Shown: positions 18,910 through 27,484 of the stretch, one piece after another
How the letters are laid out: each line of letters opens with the position of its first letter
Numbering within the stretch: position 1 is the first letter of the stretch
Assembly: GCA_964544225.1 (NCBI GenBank)
Contig: CAZIZK010000001.1
Coordinates: 271,477 to 335,476, forward strand
Origin: an uncultured Candidatus Saccharibacteria bacterium
GTDB lineage: Bacteria > Patescibacteriota > Minisyncoccia > Phycocordibacterales > UBA9973
Direction: 5' to 3'
DNA: 64,000 nucleotides
Position numbers and translations under genes: made by a program
The notes under the pieces: model-generated
The model's input: the letters and a program-made list of their open reading frames with translations, nothing else
The model's database searches: none
Told to the model about the DNA's origin: nothing

Positions 18910-19423
18910 CAACCTTTTCATAAACTACAAATGAGTGGGGGAATTTGTTGAACTCGTCACTTTCATGACTTACTTTGGATACTTCCTTCCATTCAGGCCC
19001 TATAGTGGGGAAGTGGGCATCGGCTTCGAACTTTTGGTGTACATGAGTTATGTACAATCTGTTTGCTTTTTCTATTGCTTGTTTATATATTTCAGCACCA
19101 CCTATCACAAACACTTCTACCTCTTCCTGATTCTCTTCGAAGTTCCTACCATGTTCTAGAATTGCCAGGCGAAGTGCTTCATCGAGAGAGTTGGCTACTT
19201 CAATACCGTCTTTCATATATGTAACATCACGAGTGATTATTATGTTGCGTCTTTTTGGCAGTGGGCGCCCTATAGATTCGAAAGTCTTTCTACCCATTAT
19301 TACTGGGTGGCCGGCTGTAGTCTCGCGAAAGTGCTTCATGTCGCGTGGCAAGTCCCATAGTAGGGCATTACCCAACCCTATTTCATTATTTTCCCCAATG
19401 GCTGATATAAGTGAAAGTATCAT
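18884..19423 (-). CDS. folA: Dihydrofolate reductase
   Basis: ISAIGENNEIGLGNALLWDLPRDMKHFRETTAGHPVIMGRKTFESIG is the canonical DHFR signature. Confidence 0.92.
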   Translation of the reverse strand: MILSLISAIGENNEIGLGNALLWDLPRDMKHFRETTAGHPVIMGRKTFESIGRPLPKRRNIIITRDVTYMKDGIEVANSLDEALRLAILEHGRNFEENQEEVEVFVIGGAEIYKQAIEKANRLYITHVHQKFEADAHFPTIGPEWKEVSKVSHESDEFNKFPHSFVVYEKVAPLEAGRP

Positions 19424-19427
19424 ATGT

Positions 19428-20369
19428 TTATACTGCGATAGGTGCTTTGATTGAGTCGTGGGGGTTGTAGTCTACAAGTTCAAAGTCGTCGATAGTAAAG
19501 TCCTCGATGTTTTTAATATTTGGGTTTATCTTTAATGTTGGAAGAGGGCGGATATCGGAACGGCGTGATAGTTGGAGGTTGGCTTGGTCGAGGTGGTTCT
19601 TGTACAAGTGCACATCGCCACCTGTCCATACGAACTCACCAGGTTGTAACCCAGTTACTTGCGCTACCATCATGATCAGTGCCGAGTATGATGCAATATT
19701 GAACGGAACTCCTAGGAATGTATCACAAGAACGCTGATATAGCTGGCAAGAAAGTTTGCCATCGGCTACATAGAATTGGAATAGGCAGTGGCAAGGGGGA
19801 AGGCCTGCTTTTGCCATCTCATCTATGTCTGCAACATTCCAAGCCGACACTATCATACGGCGTGAGTCGGGATTATTTTTTATTTGTTCGATCACACCCT
19901 TTATCTGGTCAATATGGCCACCATTTGGTGTAGGCCAGTTGCGCCACTGGTATCCGTATATTGGACCCAAGTTACCATAATCTTTTGCGAATGCGTCATC
20001 ACTTTTTATCTTCTCTATGAATTCTTTTATTCCATTATTCCATTCCTCGCTACCTGTTGCAGGTACAGAGATATTGTTCCTCTGTAGGTATGCTTTATAT
20101 GGCCATTCATCCCAGATATGGACATTGTTGTCGGCTAGATATTTCAAATTGCTATCGCCACGTACGAACCAAATTAGCTCATGAAGGATTGCTTTCATAG
20201 GGACCTTTTTAGTTGTGAGTAGGGGAAAGCCTTTTGAAAGATCAAAACGCATTTGGTGGCCGAGGAGTGAAAGGGTGCCAGTACCTGTACGATCACTCTT
20301 TACATTACCTTCGCGCATAATACGCTCTATTAAATCCAAGTAAACATTGTCTGCATGTGTTTTATCCAT
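19428..20369 (-). CDS. thyA: Thymidylate synthase (ThyA type)
   Basis: [12 protein letters not shown] active-site Cys motif, plus NVHIWDEW and [14 protein letters not shown]. Confidence 0.95.
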   Translation of the reverse strand: MDKTHADNVYLDLIERIMREGNVKSDRTGTGTLSLLGHQMRFDLSKGFPLLTTKKVPMKAILHELIWFVRGDSNLKYLADNNVHIWDEWPYKAYLQRNNISVPATGSEEWNNGIKEFIEKIKSDDAFAKDYGNLGPIYGYQWRNWPTPNGGHIDQIKGVIEQIKNNPDSRRMIVSAWNVADIDEMAKAGLPPCHCLFQFYVADGKLSCQLYQRSCDTFLGVPFNIASYSALIMMVAQVTGLQPGEFVWTGGDVHLYKNHLDQANLQLSRRSDIRPLPTLKINPNIKNIEDFTIDDFELVDYNPHDSIKAPIAV

Positions 20370-20500
20370 AGATAAATTATACCCTATACAATACCTTTTT
20401 TACACTTTGACACATGGGTATTTTGTGCTGGAATTGTAGCTTTTTTGTTTACCTACAGTGTGGTAAAATTTGGCTATTAACACATAGCTTAAAAATTAAC

Positions 20501-21757
20501 ATGTATATCGATCAACAAGACAAAGAGGTGTGGGATGCAATAAAGGGTGAGGAGAAGAGGGAGGAGGATGGCCTGGAATTGATACCATCTGAGAACTATG
20601 TATCACTTGCTGTTCGCGAAGCGAATGGCTCTGTATTTACTAACAAATATTCCGAGGGGTACCCAGGCCGTCGATATTACGGTGGGCAGGAATTTACCGA
20701 TGTTGTAGAGCGCCTAGCTATTGATCGTGCATGCCAACTTTTCAATTGTAAATTTGCCAATGTTCAGCCGCACTCAGGTGCACCTGCGAACCTGGCTGTA
20801 TACGCAGCACTACTTGCGCCAGGTGACACAGTGATGGGCATGGATCTTTCACACGGTGGGCACCTTACTCATGGCCACCCTATGACACTGCCAGCAAAGA
20901 TTTATAAATTCGTAACTTACAAGATGAAGGACCCAGAGACAGGCGAGATCGATTACGATGATATGATGCGTGTTGCAAAGGAAGAGAAGCCAAAATTAAT
21001 TATTGCCGGATTCTCTGCATACCCACGTACTCTTGATTATAAAAAGTTCGTAGACATAGCACACGAAGTGGGTGCTATCACTATGGCAGACATGGCGCAT
21101 ATTGCAGGCCTGATCGCAGGCAAGGCAGCACAGAACCCATTTGATTATGGTTTTGATATTATTACTACCACAACTCACAAGACACTTCGTGGTCCACGTG
21201 GAGGCATGATCCTTGTTCGAGAGAATGAGGAGATAGCAAAGAAGATCGATAAAAGTATCTTCCCAGGTATCCAGGGTGGCCCACACATGCACACAATAGC
21301 GGCAAAGGCTGTAGCCTTTGGTGAGGCAATGACACCTGCATACCAAGCCTATACACAGCAAGTATTGAAGAATGCAAAGGCAATGGAAGAAGTGTTTCGG
21401 GCAGAAGGTGTACGCATGATAGGTGGAGGTACAGACAACCACCTTATCCTTGCAGACGTTTTCGGTTCACTTGGTGTAACTGGCAAGGAGGCCCAGACAG
21501 TGCTAGACGAAGTGGGTATCACACTAAACATGAACTCGATAGCAGGGGACACTCGCAAGCCTTTGGACCCATCTGGTATCCGATTCGGAACACCAGCTAT
21601 CACTACTCGTGGATTCAAAGAAGAGGATTGTAAAGAGGTGGCAAGGTTGTTGATCCAGACTTTAAAGAACAAAGACAATACAGAGATGAAGGCCGAAATA
21701 AAAGCAAAAATAAAAACTCTCGCCCACTCTCACCCAATCCCAGAGAAGTTTGTGTAA
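20501..21757 (+). CDS. glyA: Serine hydroxymethyltransferase
   Basis: LIPSENYVS, YSEGYPGRRYYGG and the PLP-lysine region TTTTHKTLRGPRGG. The start is chosen at MYIDQQDKEVW. Confidence 0.95.
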   Translation: MYIDQQDKEVWDAIKGEEKREEDGLELIPSENYVSLAVREANGSVFTNKYSEGYPGRRYYGGQEFTDVVERLAIDRACQLFNCKFANVQPHSGAPANLAVYAALLAPGDTVMGMDLSHGGHLTHGHPMTLPAKIYKFVTYKMKDPETGEIDYDDMMRVAKEEKPKLIIAGFSAYPRTLDYKKFVDIAHEVGAITMADMAHIAGLIAGKAAQNPFDYGFDIITTTTHKTLRGPRGGMILVRENEEIAKKIDKSIFPGIQGGPHMHTIAAKAVAFGEAMTPAYQAYTQQVLKNAKAMEEVFRAEGVRMIGGGTDNHLILADVFGSLGVTGKEAQTVLDEVGITLNMNSIAGDTRKPLDPSGIRFGTPAITTRGFKEEDCKEVARLLIQTLKNKDNTEMKAEIKAKIKTLAHSHPIPEKFV

Positions 21758-22295
21758 GAATATGCAAGAAAATCCATTTAAAAATCAAGAAAATTCTGAA
21801 CCAGTTTTTACCCCTGAGCTTAAACAAAAGCTGTCAGATTCTTTTATGCAGTCTTTAAATGAAGGTAAGATTGAAATAAAAGAACGAGAGCATCTGCTTA
21901 GGAACGTAATAGGAGCCCCAGAATCTTTTATTGAAGCAGAGCATGGACTTAGTATTTTTAGAAATGCATTATACAAATTAATAAAAAACTCAGATTTTCC
22001 TGATTGTAAAAATAAAATGATTTTACGTCAAAGTGTTGGTTTCGACCTGAGTACACTTTCTCTAAGATCTTTTTTAGATAAGTTAAATAAAGGAGAAATT
22101 TCTAAAGAAGATTTTCATTCAATTGAATCAATAAAGGCTATGCATTCTTATTTGAACAGTGTTAATTTGACTCTCTCTACATTAAAAGAAATATTGACTC
22201 CAGAAGTTAATGTCGCTATTCATGCATACGCTGAAGAAATCTTTATAAAACCGTATAAACAGGCTATTGAAAACTTTAAAGAGACTAAAGAATAA
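21750..22295 (+). CDS. Hypothetical protein
   Basis: 181-aa ORF with coding-like composition and no recognisable motif. It overlaps the glyA stop by a few nt. Confidence 0.35.
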   Translation: MCKNMQENPFKNQENSEPVFTPELKQKLSDSFMQSLNEGKIEIKEREHLLRNVIGAPESFIEAEHGLSIFRNALYKLIKNSDFPDCKNKMILRQSVGFDLSTLSLRSFLDKLNKGEISKEDFHSIESIKAMHSYLNSVNLTLSTLKEILTPEVNVAIHAYAEEIFIKPYKQAIENFKETKE

Positions 22296-22578
22296 TTTTA
22301 TGGAACAGACAGATAAAAAACTTTGGTTCAAGAGGAAGCCTTATGGATGGGGTTGGGTACCTGTGTCATGGCAGGGGTGGGTGGTGGTGTTGGTTTATAT
22401 TTTATTGATGCTGAGTGCTTCGTATATGAACCAAACACAATTTCCAGACGGCAATTTTTTTATTGGTTTTGTATTTCCATTTATTATATTTACCTCTATC
22501 CTTATTTTTATTTGTTATAAAAAGGGGGAGAGTCCAAGATGGCAATGGGGTAATAAAGATAATAATTTAGATAAATAA
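22267..22578 (+). CDS. Hypothetical small membrane protein
   Basis: 103-aa ORF with two predicted hydrophobic helices, located between two genes on the same strand. Confidence 0.35.
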   Translation: MKTLKRLKNNFMEQTDKKLWFKRKPYGWGWVPVSWQGWVVVLVYILLMLSASYMNQTQFPDGNFFIGFVFPFIIFTSILIFICYKKGESPRWQWGNKDNNLDK

Positions 22579-22579
22579 T

Positions 22580-23047
22580 ATGGCACATATTCATGAAAAA
22601 ATAGATTTTACAGTAGAGGTATTTATTGTCCACAAGGATAAAGTGCTTCTTCGTATGCATGACAAGTTTAAATTCTGGCTTTCTATTGGTGGACATATCG
22701 AGCTCGATGAGGATCCAATACAGGCAGCGTATAGGGAAGTGAAAGAGGAGGTAGGTTTAGATATTAAAATAATAGGTAATGCAGAACCTGAAAGTATACG
22801 TACCGATGATTTCTACCCACTTATAAACCCTAGGTTCTTATGTAGGCATTTTGTGAACCCAACTCACGAGCATATTTGTTTTGTGTATTTTGCCACTACC
22901 GATAACCCAGAGACCCTCGATTCAGTGCTTGAACATGAACAAGGGGCAGAGACGAAGTGGTTTACAATGGATGATTTAGATAATACGGATTTGGTTCCAA
23001 ATGTCCGCTTCTACGCCAAAGAAGCCTTAAAAGAACTGGGTTCGTAG
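22580..23047 (+). CDS. Nudix hydrolase
   Basis: Nudix box GGHIELDEDPIQAAYREVKEEVG. Confidence 0.8.
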   Translation: MAHIHEKIDFTVEVFIVHKDKVLLRMHDKFKFWLSIGGHIELDEDPIQAAYREVKEEVGLDIKIIGNAEPESIRTDDFYPLINPRFLCRHFVNPTHEHICFVYFATTDNPETLDSVLEHEQGAETKWFTMDDLDNTDLVPNVRFYAKEALKELGS

Positions 23048-23065
23048 ATATGATATAATTCTCGT

Positions 23066-23758
23066 ATGAAGAAAGGCAAACTAATTGTAATAGACGGCAC
23101 AGATGGAAGTGGCAAGGCGACACAGGTCGCCCTTTTGAGTAAGAGGTTGGTGAAGGACGGGTACAAGGTAAAGAATGTAGACTTTCCAGAATATTACAAA
23201 AACTTTTTTGGTAAATTTATCGGCCACTGTTTGAGTGAGCAGTATTATAATTGGGTAAATATTCACCCAAAGATTGCATCGATTGCCTATGCTGCTGACA
23301 GATGGGAATCTTCAGAAGAGGTGAAGAAGTGGCTAGACAAAGGCTACATAATCCTTGCGAACCGTTATGTTAGTTCAAACCAAATCCACCAAGGTGGCAA
23401 GATAAAGAGTGCAGTAAAAAGGCAGGCATTTATCGAGTGGCTCGACGAAATGGAATACAAAGTTTTCAAGATTCCACGACCAGATGTCGTACTTTACTTG
23501 AGTTTATCAATGCCATTTATCAATAAACTAATAAAAGAGAGGAATAAGAACCAGAGTCGCGCATACCTAGGCAAGAAGAAGGATATAGTAGAAGGTGATA
23601 AGGAGTATATGTCCAATTCAATAAAGAGTGCATTGTGGCTTGCCAAGACCCAGAAGAATTATATGCAGATCGATTGTGCCCCGAAGAATGTATTGCGTAC
23701 CCGCGAAGATATCCATGAAGAAGTTTACAAAAATGTTTTAAAAGTTTTAAAGAAGTAA
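23066..23758 (+). CDS. tmk: Thymidylate kinase-like nucleoside monophosphate kinase
   Basis: P-loop IVIDGTDGSGKATQ at the N-terminus, DRW/ANRYVSS region and LID-like segment. Size is about 230 aa. Confidence 0.7.
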   Translation: MKKGKLIVIDGTDGSGKATQVALLSKRLVKDGYKVKNVDFPEYYKNFFGKFIGHCLSEQYYNWVNIHPKIASIAYAADRWESSEEVKKWLDKGYIILANRYVSSNQIHQGGKIKSAVKRQAFIEWLDEMEYKVFKIPRPDVVLYLSLSMPFINKLIKERNKNQSRAYLGKKKDIVEGDKEYMSNSIKSALWLAKTQKNYMQIDCAPKNVLRTREDIHEEVYKNVLKVLKK

Positions 23759-23787
23759 ATATTATAAATTAATTTTTTAGATAAATT

Positions 23788-24117
23788 ATGGAACTAAATG
23801 AATATCAAAAGAAGGCACTAACTACTGCTATGCACCCAGAGAAATATAATATTATTTATCCAGCACTTGGTTTGGGTAATGAAGCGGGGGAGGTTATGGG
23901 CAAGATAAAGAAGTGGCTCCGGGGTGATGATGGTGAACAGATGAGTGATGAAAGGAAGGATGCATTGAAAGGTGAGTTGGGTGATGTATTGTGGTACCTA
24001 GCAGTTTTGGCACATGATTTAGGGATAGAACTTGATGATGTTGCAAAATCAAATGTAGATAAACTTCAATCAAGAAAAGAGAGGGGGACAATACAAGGCG
24101 ATGGAGATATAAGATAA
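23788..24117 (+). CDS. MazG-like nucleoside triphosphate pyrophosphohydrolase (all-alpha NTP-PPase)
   Basis: EYQKKALTTA...LGLGNEAGEV...ELGDVLWYLAVLAHDLGIEL...KLQSR matches the MazG/HisE-like EExxE/D metal-binding helices. Confidence 0.75.
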   Translation: MELNEYQKKALTTAMHPEKYNIIYPALGLGNEAGEVMGKIKKWLRGDDGEQMSDERKDALKGELGDVLWYLAVLAHDLGIELDDVAKSNVDKLQSRKERGTIQGDGDIR

Positions 24118-24120
24118 AAT

Positions 24121-24153
24121 AAAAAATCCGAGACAAGTCTCGGATTTTTTATT
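24121..24153. terminator. Bidirectional rho-independent terminator
   Basis: aaaaaatccgagac-aa-gtctcggatttttt. Confidence 0.7.
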
Positions 24154-24377
24154 TATACACCTGCGGGCTTTTGGCCCGGTTCGTTGTCGGTGCGTTTTTT
24201 AGGGGCACTTTCTTGATGTTGTTCTTCATCTGGCTTTTCTTGTGGGGCAGGGGCTGGCTGAGCGGCTTGATCACCCATACTTTCGGGTGTTTTAAATTCA
24301 AATTTTTCCATACACACATCTTCTGCTTTTATGGGTGAAATGTCAACATATTGGCAAAAATATGTTAAAGTGGCTTT

Positions 24378-26105
24378 ATGATACAAGACGAGATAAAAGC
24401 TCATATAGGTAAAGCCTTGCAGACTTTAGGGATAGAGGCAGGGGCTATAATACTCGAGCACCCAGCTGATATGGCCAATGGTGACTATTCGACCAATGTG
24501 GCTATGGCTTATGCCAAGGTGGCAGGCAAGAACCCAAAGGTTCTAGCAGAAGAAATAAAGCTCGAGATAGAGAAGGATCTACCAAAAGAAATAGAAAAGG
24601 TCACAGTAGCAGGTGCAGGATTTATTAACTTTTATTTATCTCGTGAATTTTTTACAAATGAAATTAGTGATATTTTAAATAAAGGTGGGGAGTGGGGCAA
24701 GAGTGAGATATCAAAAGGTAAAAAGATAATGGTAGAGTATACCGACCCAAACCCTTTCAAGCCTTTCCATATTGGCCACCTTATGACCAATGCCATAGGT
24801 GAGTCAGTGGCACGTATTGTCGAGTTCTCCGGGGCTACAACTGTCCGTGCAAATTATCAGGGCGATGTAGGCATGCACGTAGCAAAAGCAATATACGGTA
24901 TGTACAAGGCCGGCTCTCCGGCAGATGAATCTGCATCGGCTTCAGTTCTAGCTCAATACATAGGTGATTGTTATGCGAAGGGTAGCGATGCTTATGATAA
25001 TGACCCTGAGGCTAAAAAAGAAATCGAAGCTCTGAATAAAAAAGTTTACGACAGGAGCGATGCCGAAGTAAATAAAATATATGACTGGGGTCGCGAGGTG
25101 ACTCTAGAAGCATTCGAAGAAATATATAAAATCCTTGGGACAAAATTTAAACATTACTTTTTTGAAAGTGTGATGGCCCCAATAGGGGAGAAAATTGTAA
25201 GGGGTAATATGCCAAATGTTTTCGAGGAGTCCGATGGGGCAATAGTTTTTAAAGCAGAGAACTATGACCCAAAGTTGCATACCCGTGTATTCATTACATC
25301 ACTAGGCATACCATTGTACGAGACAAAGGAAATAGGCCTAACCATGACAAAGTTCGAAAAGGAGCAGGACCTAGACTTATCTATAGTAGTGACCGCTATT
25401 GAACAAGGCGAGTATATGAAAGTAGTAGCAAAGGCTATATCACTTATCCACCCAGAGTACGAGGCACGCATGAAGCATATTACTCACGGCATGATGCGCC
25501 TAACAAGTGGCAAGATGAGTTCACGCAAGGGTAATATTATTACTGGAGAGTCATTATTGCGCGACTCTATCGACACTGTTTATGAAAAGATGTCCGAGAG
25601 GGATTTGAGCGATGATGAGAAGAAGAGTATTGCAGAAGTAGTAGGTGTATCCGCACTAAAATATTCCATACTACGTTCATCACTAGGGTCGGATATTATT
25701 TATGATTCTGAAAAGTCTATATCTTTCGAAGGTGACTCGGGCCCGTACCTACAATACACAGCGGTGCGTGCACGAGCGATTCTGAACAAGATAGAAGAAT
25801 CGCAATTACAAATTACGAATGACGAATTACGAAACAAAGCCCCAGAATCTACAACTGTTTTGGAGAAAATGTTGTATCAATTCCCCGAAGTTGTTGCCCG
25901 CACGTATACAGAACTTGAGCCACATCATATAGCAACATACGCTACCGAGCTTGCAAGTAGCTTCAATAGTTTCTATGGCAATACTCATATACTAAATGAT
26001 GAAAATGAACATAAGGTTTACCACCTAGCTCTTGTGCAAGCTTTCCACACTACAATGCAAAACGCCCTCTACCTCCTAGGCATCCAAACCCCAAATAAAA
26101 TGTAA
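24378..26105 (+). CDS. argS: Arginyl-tRNA synthetase
   Basis: Class I HIGH motif (PFHIGHL), KMSSRKGN (KMSKS-like) and the ArgRS anticodon-binding C-terminus. Confidence 0.93.
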   Translation: MIQDEIKAHIGKALQTLGIEAGAIILEHPADMANGDYSTNVAMAYAKVAGKNPKVLAEEIKLEIEKDLPKEIEKVTVAGAGFINFYLSREFFTNEISDILNKGGEWGKSEISKGKKIMVEYTDPNPFKPFHIGHLMTNAIGESVARIVEFSGATTVRANYQGDVGMHVAKAIYGMYKAGSPADESASASVLAQYIGDCYAKGSDAYDNDPEAKKEIEALNKKVYDRSDAEVNKIYDWGREVTLEAFEEIYKILGTKFKHYFFESVMAPIGEKIVRGNMPNVFEESDGAIVFKAENYDPKLHTRVFITSLGIPLYETKEIGLTMTKFEKEQDLDLSIVVTAIEQGEYMKVVAKAISLIHPEYEARMKHITHGMMRLTSGKMSSRKGNIITGESLLRDSIDTVYEKMSERDLSDDEKKSIAEVVGVSALKYSILRSSLGSDIIYDSEKSISFEGDSGPYLQYTAVRARAILNKIEESQLQITNDELRNKAPESTTVLEKMLYQFPEVVARTYTELEPHHIATYATELASSFNSFYGNTHILNDENEHKVYHLALVQAFHTTMQNALYLLGIQTPNKM

Positions 26106-26133
26106 GCTTTACTTTTTGCCATAAAATGGTAGT

Positions 26134-27198
26134 TTGGAAGAAAAACAAACGATCATTATGGAAACACCAAAAATTGCCATTATTGGCGCGACAGGTCTTG
26201 TAGGCCAAACTCTTTTGAGTTTAATGGGGGAAAAGGATTTCTTTCATAAATTCATTCTAAAGGACAAGCTACTACTCGTGGCTTCGGACAATTCAGTAAA
26301 AAACAAATTAAAGTGTGATGTGCTGAATCACCAAATTCAGGTTATTACACTGGAAGAAGCTTTGAAAGAAAAGCCCGACATTGTAATAATGTCCGCAGGA
26401 GAGAAAATTTCCGCAGAGTGGGCAATTAAGTTCAGGAATGCGAACAAAGATTCGTGGGTGATAGATAATTCACCGCAATGGAGAATGAAGGATCATATTC
26501 CACTAACACTTCCGCATCTCAACTGGAGTCCCAACAAAAAGCACCGGATCATTCCAGTACCGAACTGCGTAGCTGTAATGCTTGCAACAGCATTATACCC
26601 GCTTACAAAAGAGGATTTGAAATTGTATTACGTGTCTGCAACAGTAATGCAAAGTGTATCTGGCACAGGCAATACTGGTATCGATGCTTGGGAAAAGGAG
26701 TTGGAGAATGGTGGCAATAAAAAAGCCAAAGATTCCCCATATCTTTTTCAGTCTTTAGGGAACATTCAGCAGGCAACCCGTGTAAAGGAAGGGGAAAATT
26801 ATAATGATGAAGAGAAAAAAGTGATTGCAGAAATGCAGAAACTTTTTTATCCGAACTTTCAGAAATTTCCAATCAGTCCATCGTGCTTCCGTGATGGTGT
26901 AAAGGTAGGGCACTGGGCACGTGTTCGTGTAAAGATGCCACTTCGTGCAACACTAAAGCGTGTAAAAGGCGCCTTGAGTATGGGTTCTATAGTGAAATAT
27001 ACCGATAAGCCAACTGACATTTTGTCGGTGGTCGGTAAAAATTATGCCTTGGTGTACGACCTTCGTGTAGATGAACACGCCGGTGATGCAAATTATGCAT
27101 GGTATGAATTTACCGTAGTCTCTGACAATTTGCGTTTAGGTGCTGCATCTACCGCACTATTGTGTGCGGAAAAAATAATCAAAAAGTTCTACAAGTAA
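26134..27198 (+). CDS. asd: Aspartate-semialdehyde dehydrogenase
   Basis: N-terminal NAD(P)-binding IIGATGLVGQ, active-site Cys motif PNCVAVMLATAL (compare GGNCTVSLM) and VMQSVSGTG. Confidence 0.7.
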   Translation: MEEKQTIIMETPKIAIIGATGLVGQTLLSLMGEKDFFHKFILKDKLLLVASDNSVKNKLKCDVLNHQIQVITLEEALKEKPDIVIMSAGEKISAEWAIKFRNANKDSWVIDNSPQWRMKDHIPLTLPHLNWSPNKKHRIIPVPNCVAVMLATALYPLTKEDLKLYYVSATVMQSVSGTGNTGIDAWEKELENGGNKKAKDSPYLFQSLGNIQQATRVKEGENYNDEEKKVIAEMQKLFYPNFQKFPISPSCFRDGVKVGHWARVRVKMPLRATLKRVKGALSMGSIVKYTDKPTDILSVVGKNYALVYDLRVDEHAGDANYAWYEFTVVSDNLRLGAASTALLCAEKIIKKFYK

Positions 27199-27221
27199 AA
27201 TGGTAGAACGAATCATAAAAG

Positions 27222-27252
27222 GCTTGTCCATGTGACAGGTCTTTTTTTTCTT
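27222..27252 (+). terminator. Putative terminator after asd
   Basis: cttgtc-catgt-gacagg hairpin followed by tcttttttttc. Confidence 0.4.
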
Positions 27253-27284
27253 GCAAAATTTGGGTTTTAGGGTATGATTTGGGT

Positions 27285-27465
27285 ATAAGTCATTAGAGGC
27301 TATCACCTCTAGAGCTTGCAATCTTGCAGGCAGGCTTTGGGAAGAAAGCCGTAAGGGCCGTAGAACCCACGAAATGAGAGCCCGAGAGGGAAACAAGGTG
27401 GTACCGCGAGAAGCTCGTCCTTGTATAACAATTTGTATTGTTGTACGTGGACGAGTTTTTTTTAT
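27285..27465 (+). promoter_or_regulatory. T-box riboswitch leader (Ile specifier) upstream of ileS
   Basis: Conserved T-box sequence aaacaaGGTGGTACCGCGag at 27391-27410. Terminator stem ctcgtcc...ggacgag plus a U8 run at 27414-27463. The small Stem-I hairpin tagaggctATCAcctcta presents AUC followed by a purine. Confidence 0.75.
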
Positions 27466-27484
27466 TAACCCAAATTATTTTATT

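Noticed and set aside
24153-24404. 83-aa minus-strand ORF (acidic/Pro-rich) between the MazG-like gene and argS
   Set aside because: It overlaps the argS start, has no good RBS for the internal Met, and has low-complexity composition. The region is more likely the argS promoter plus a bidirectional terminator.
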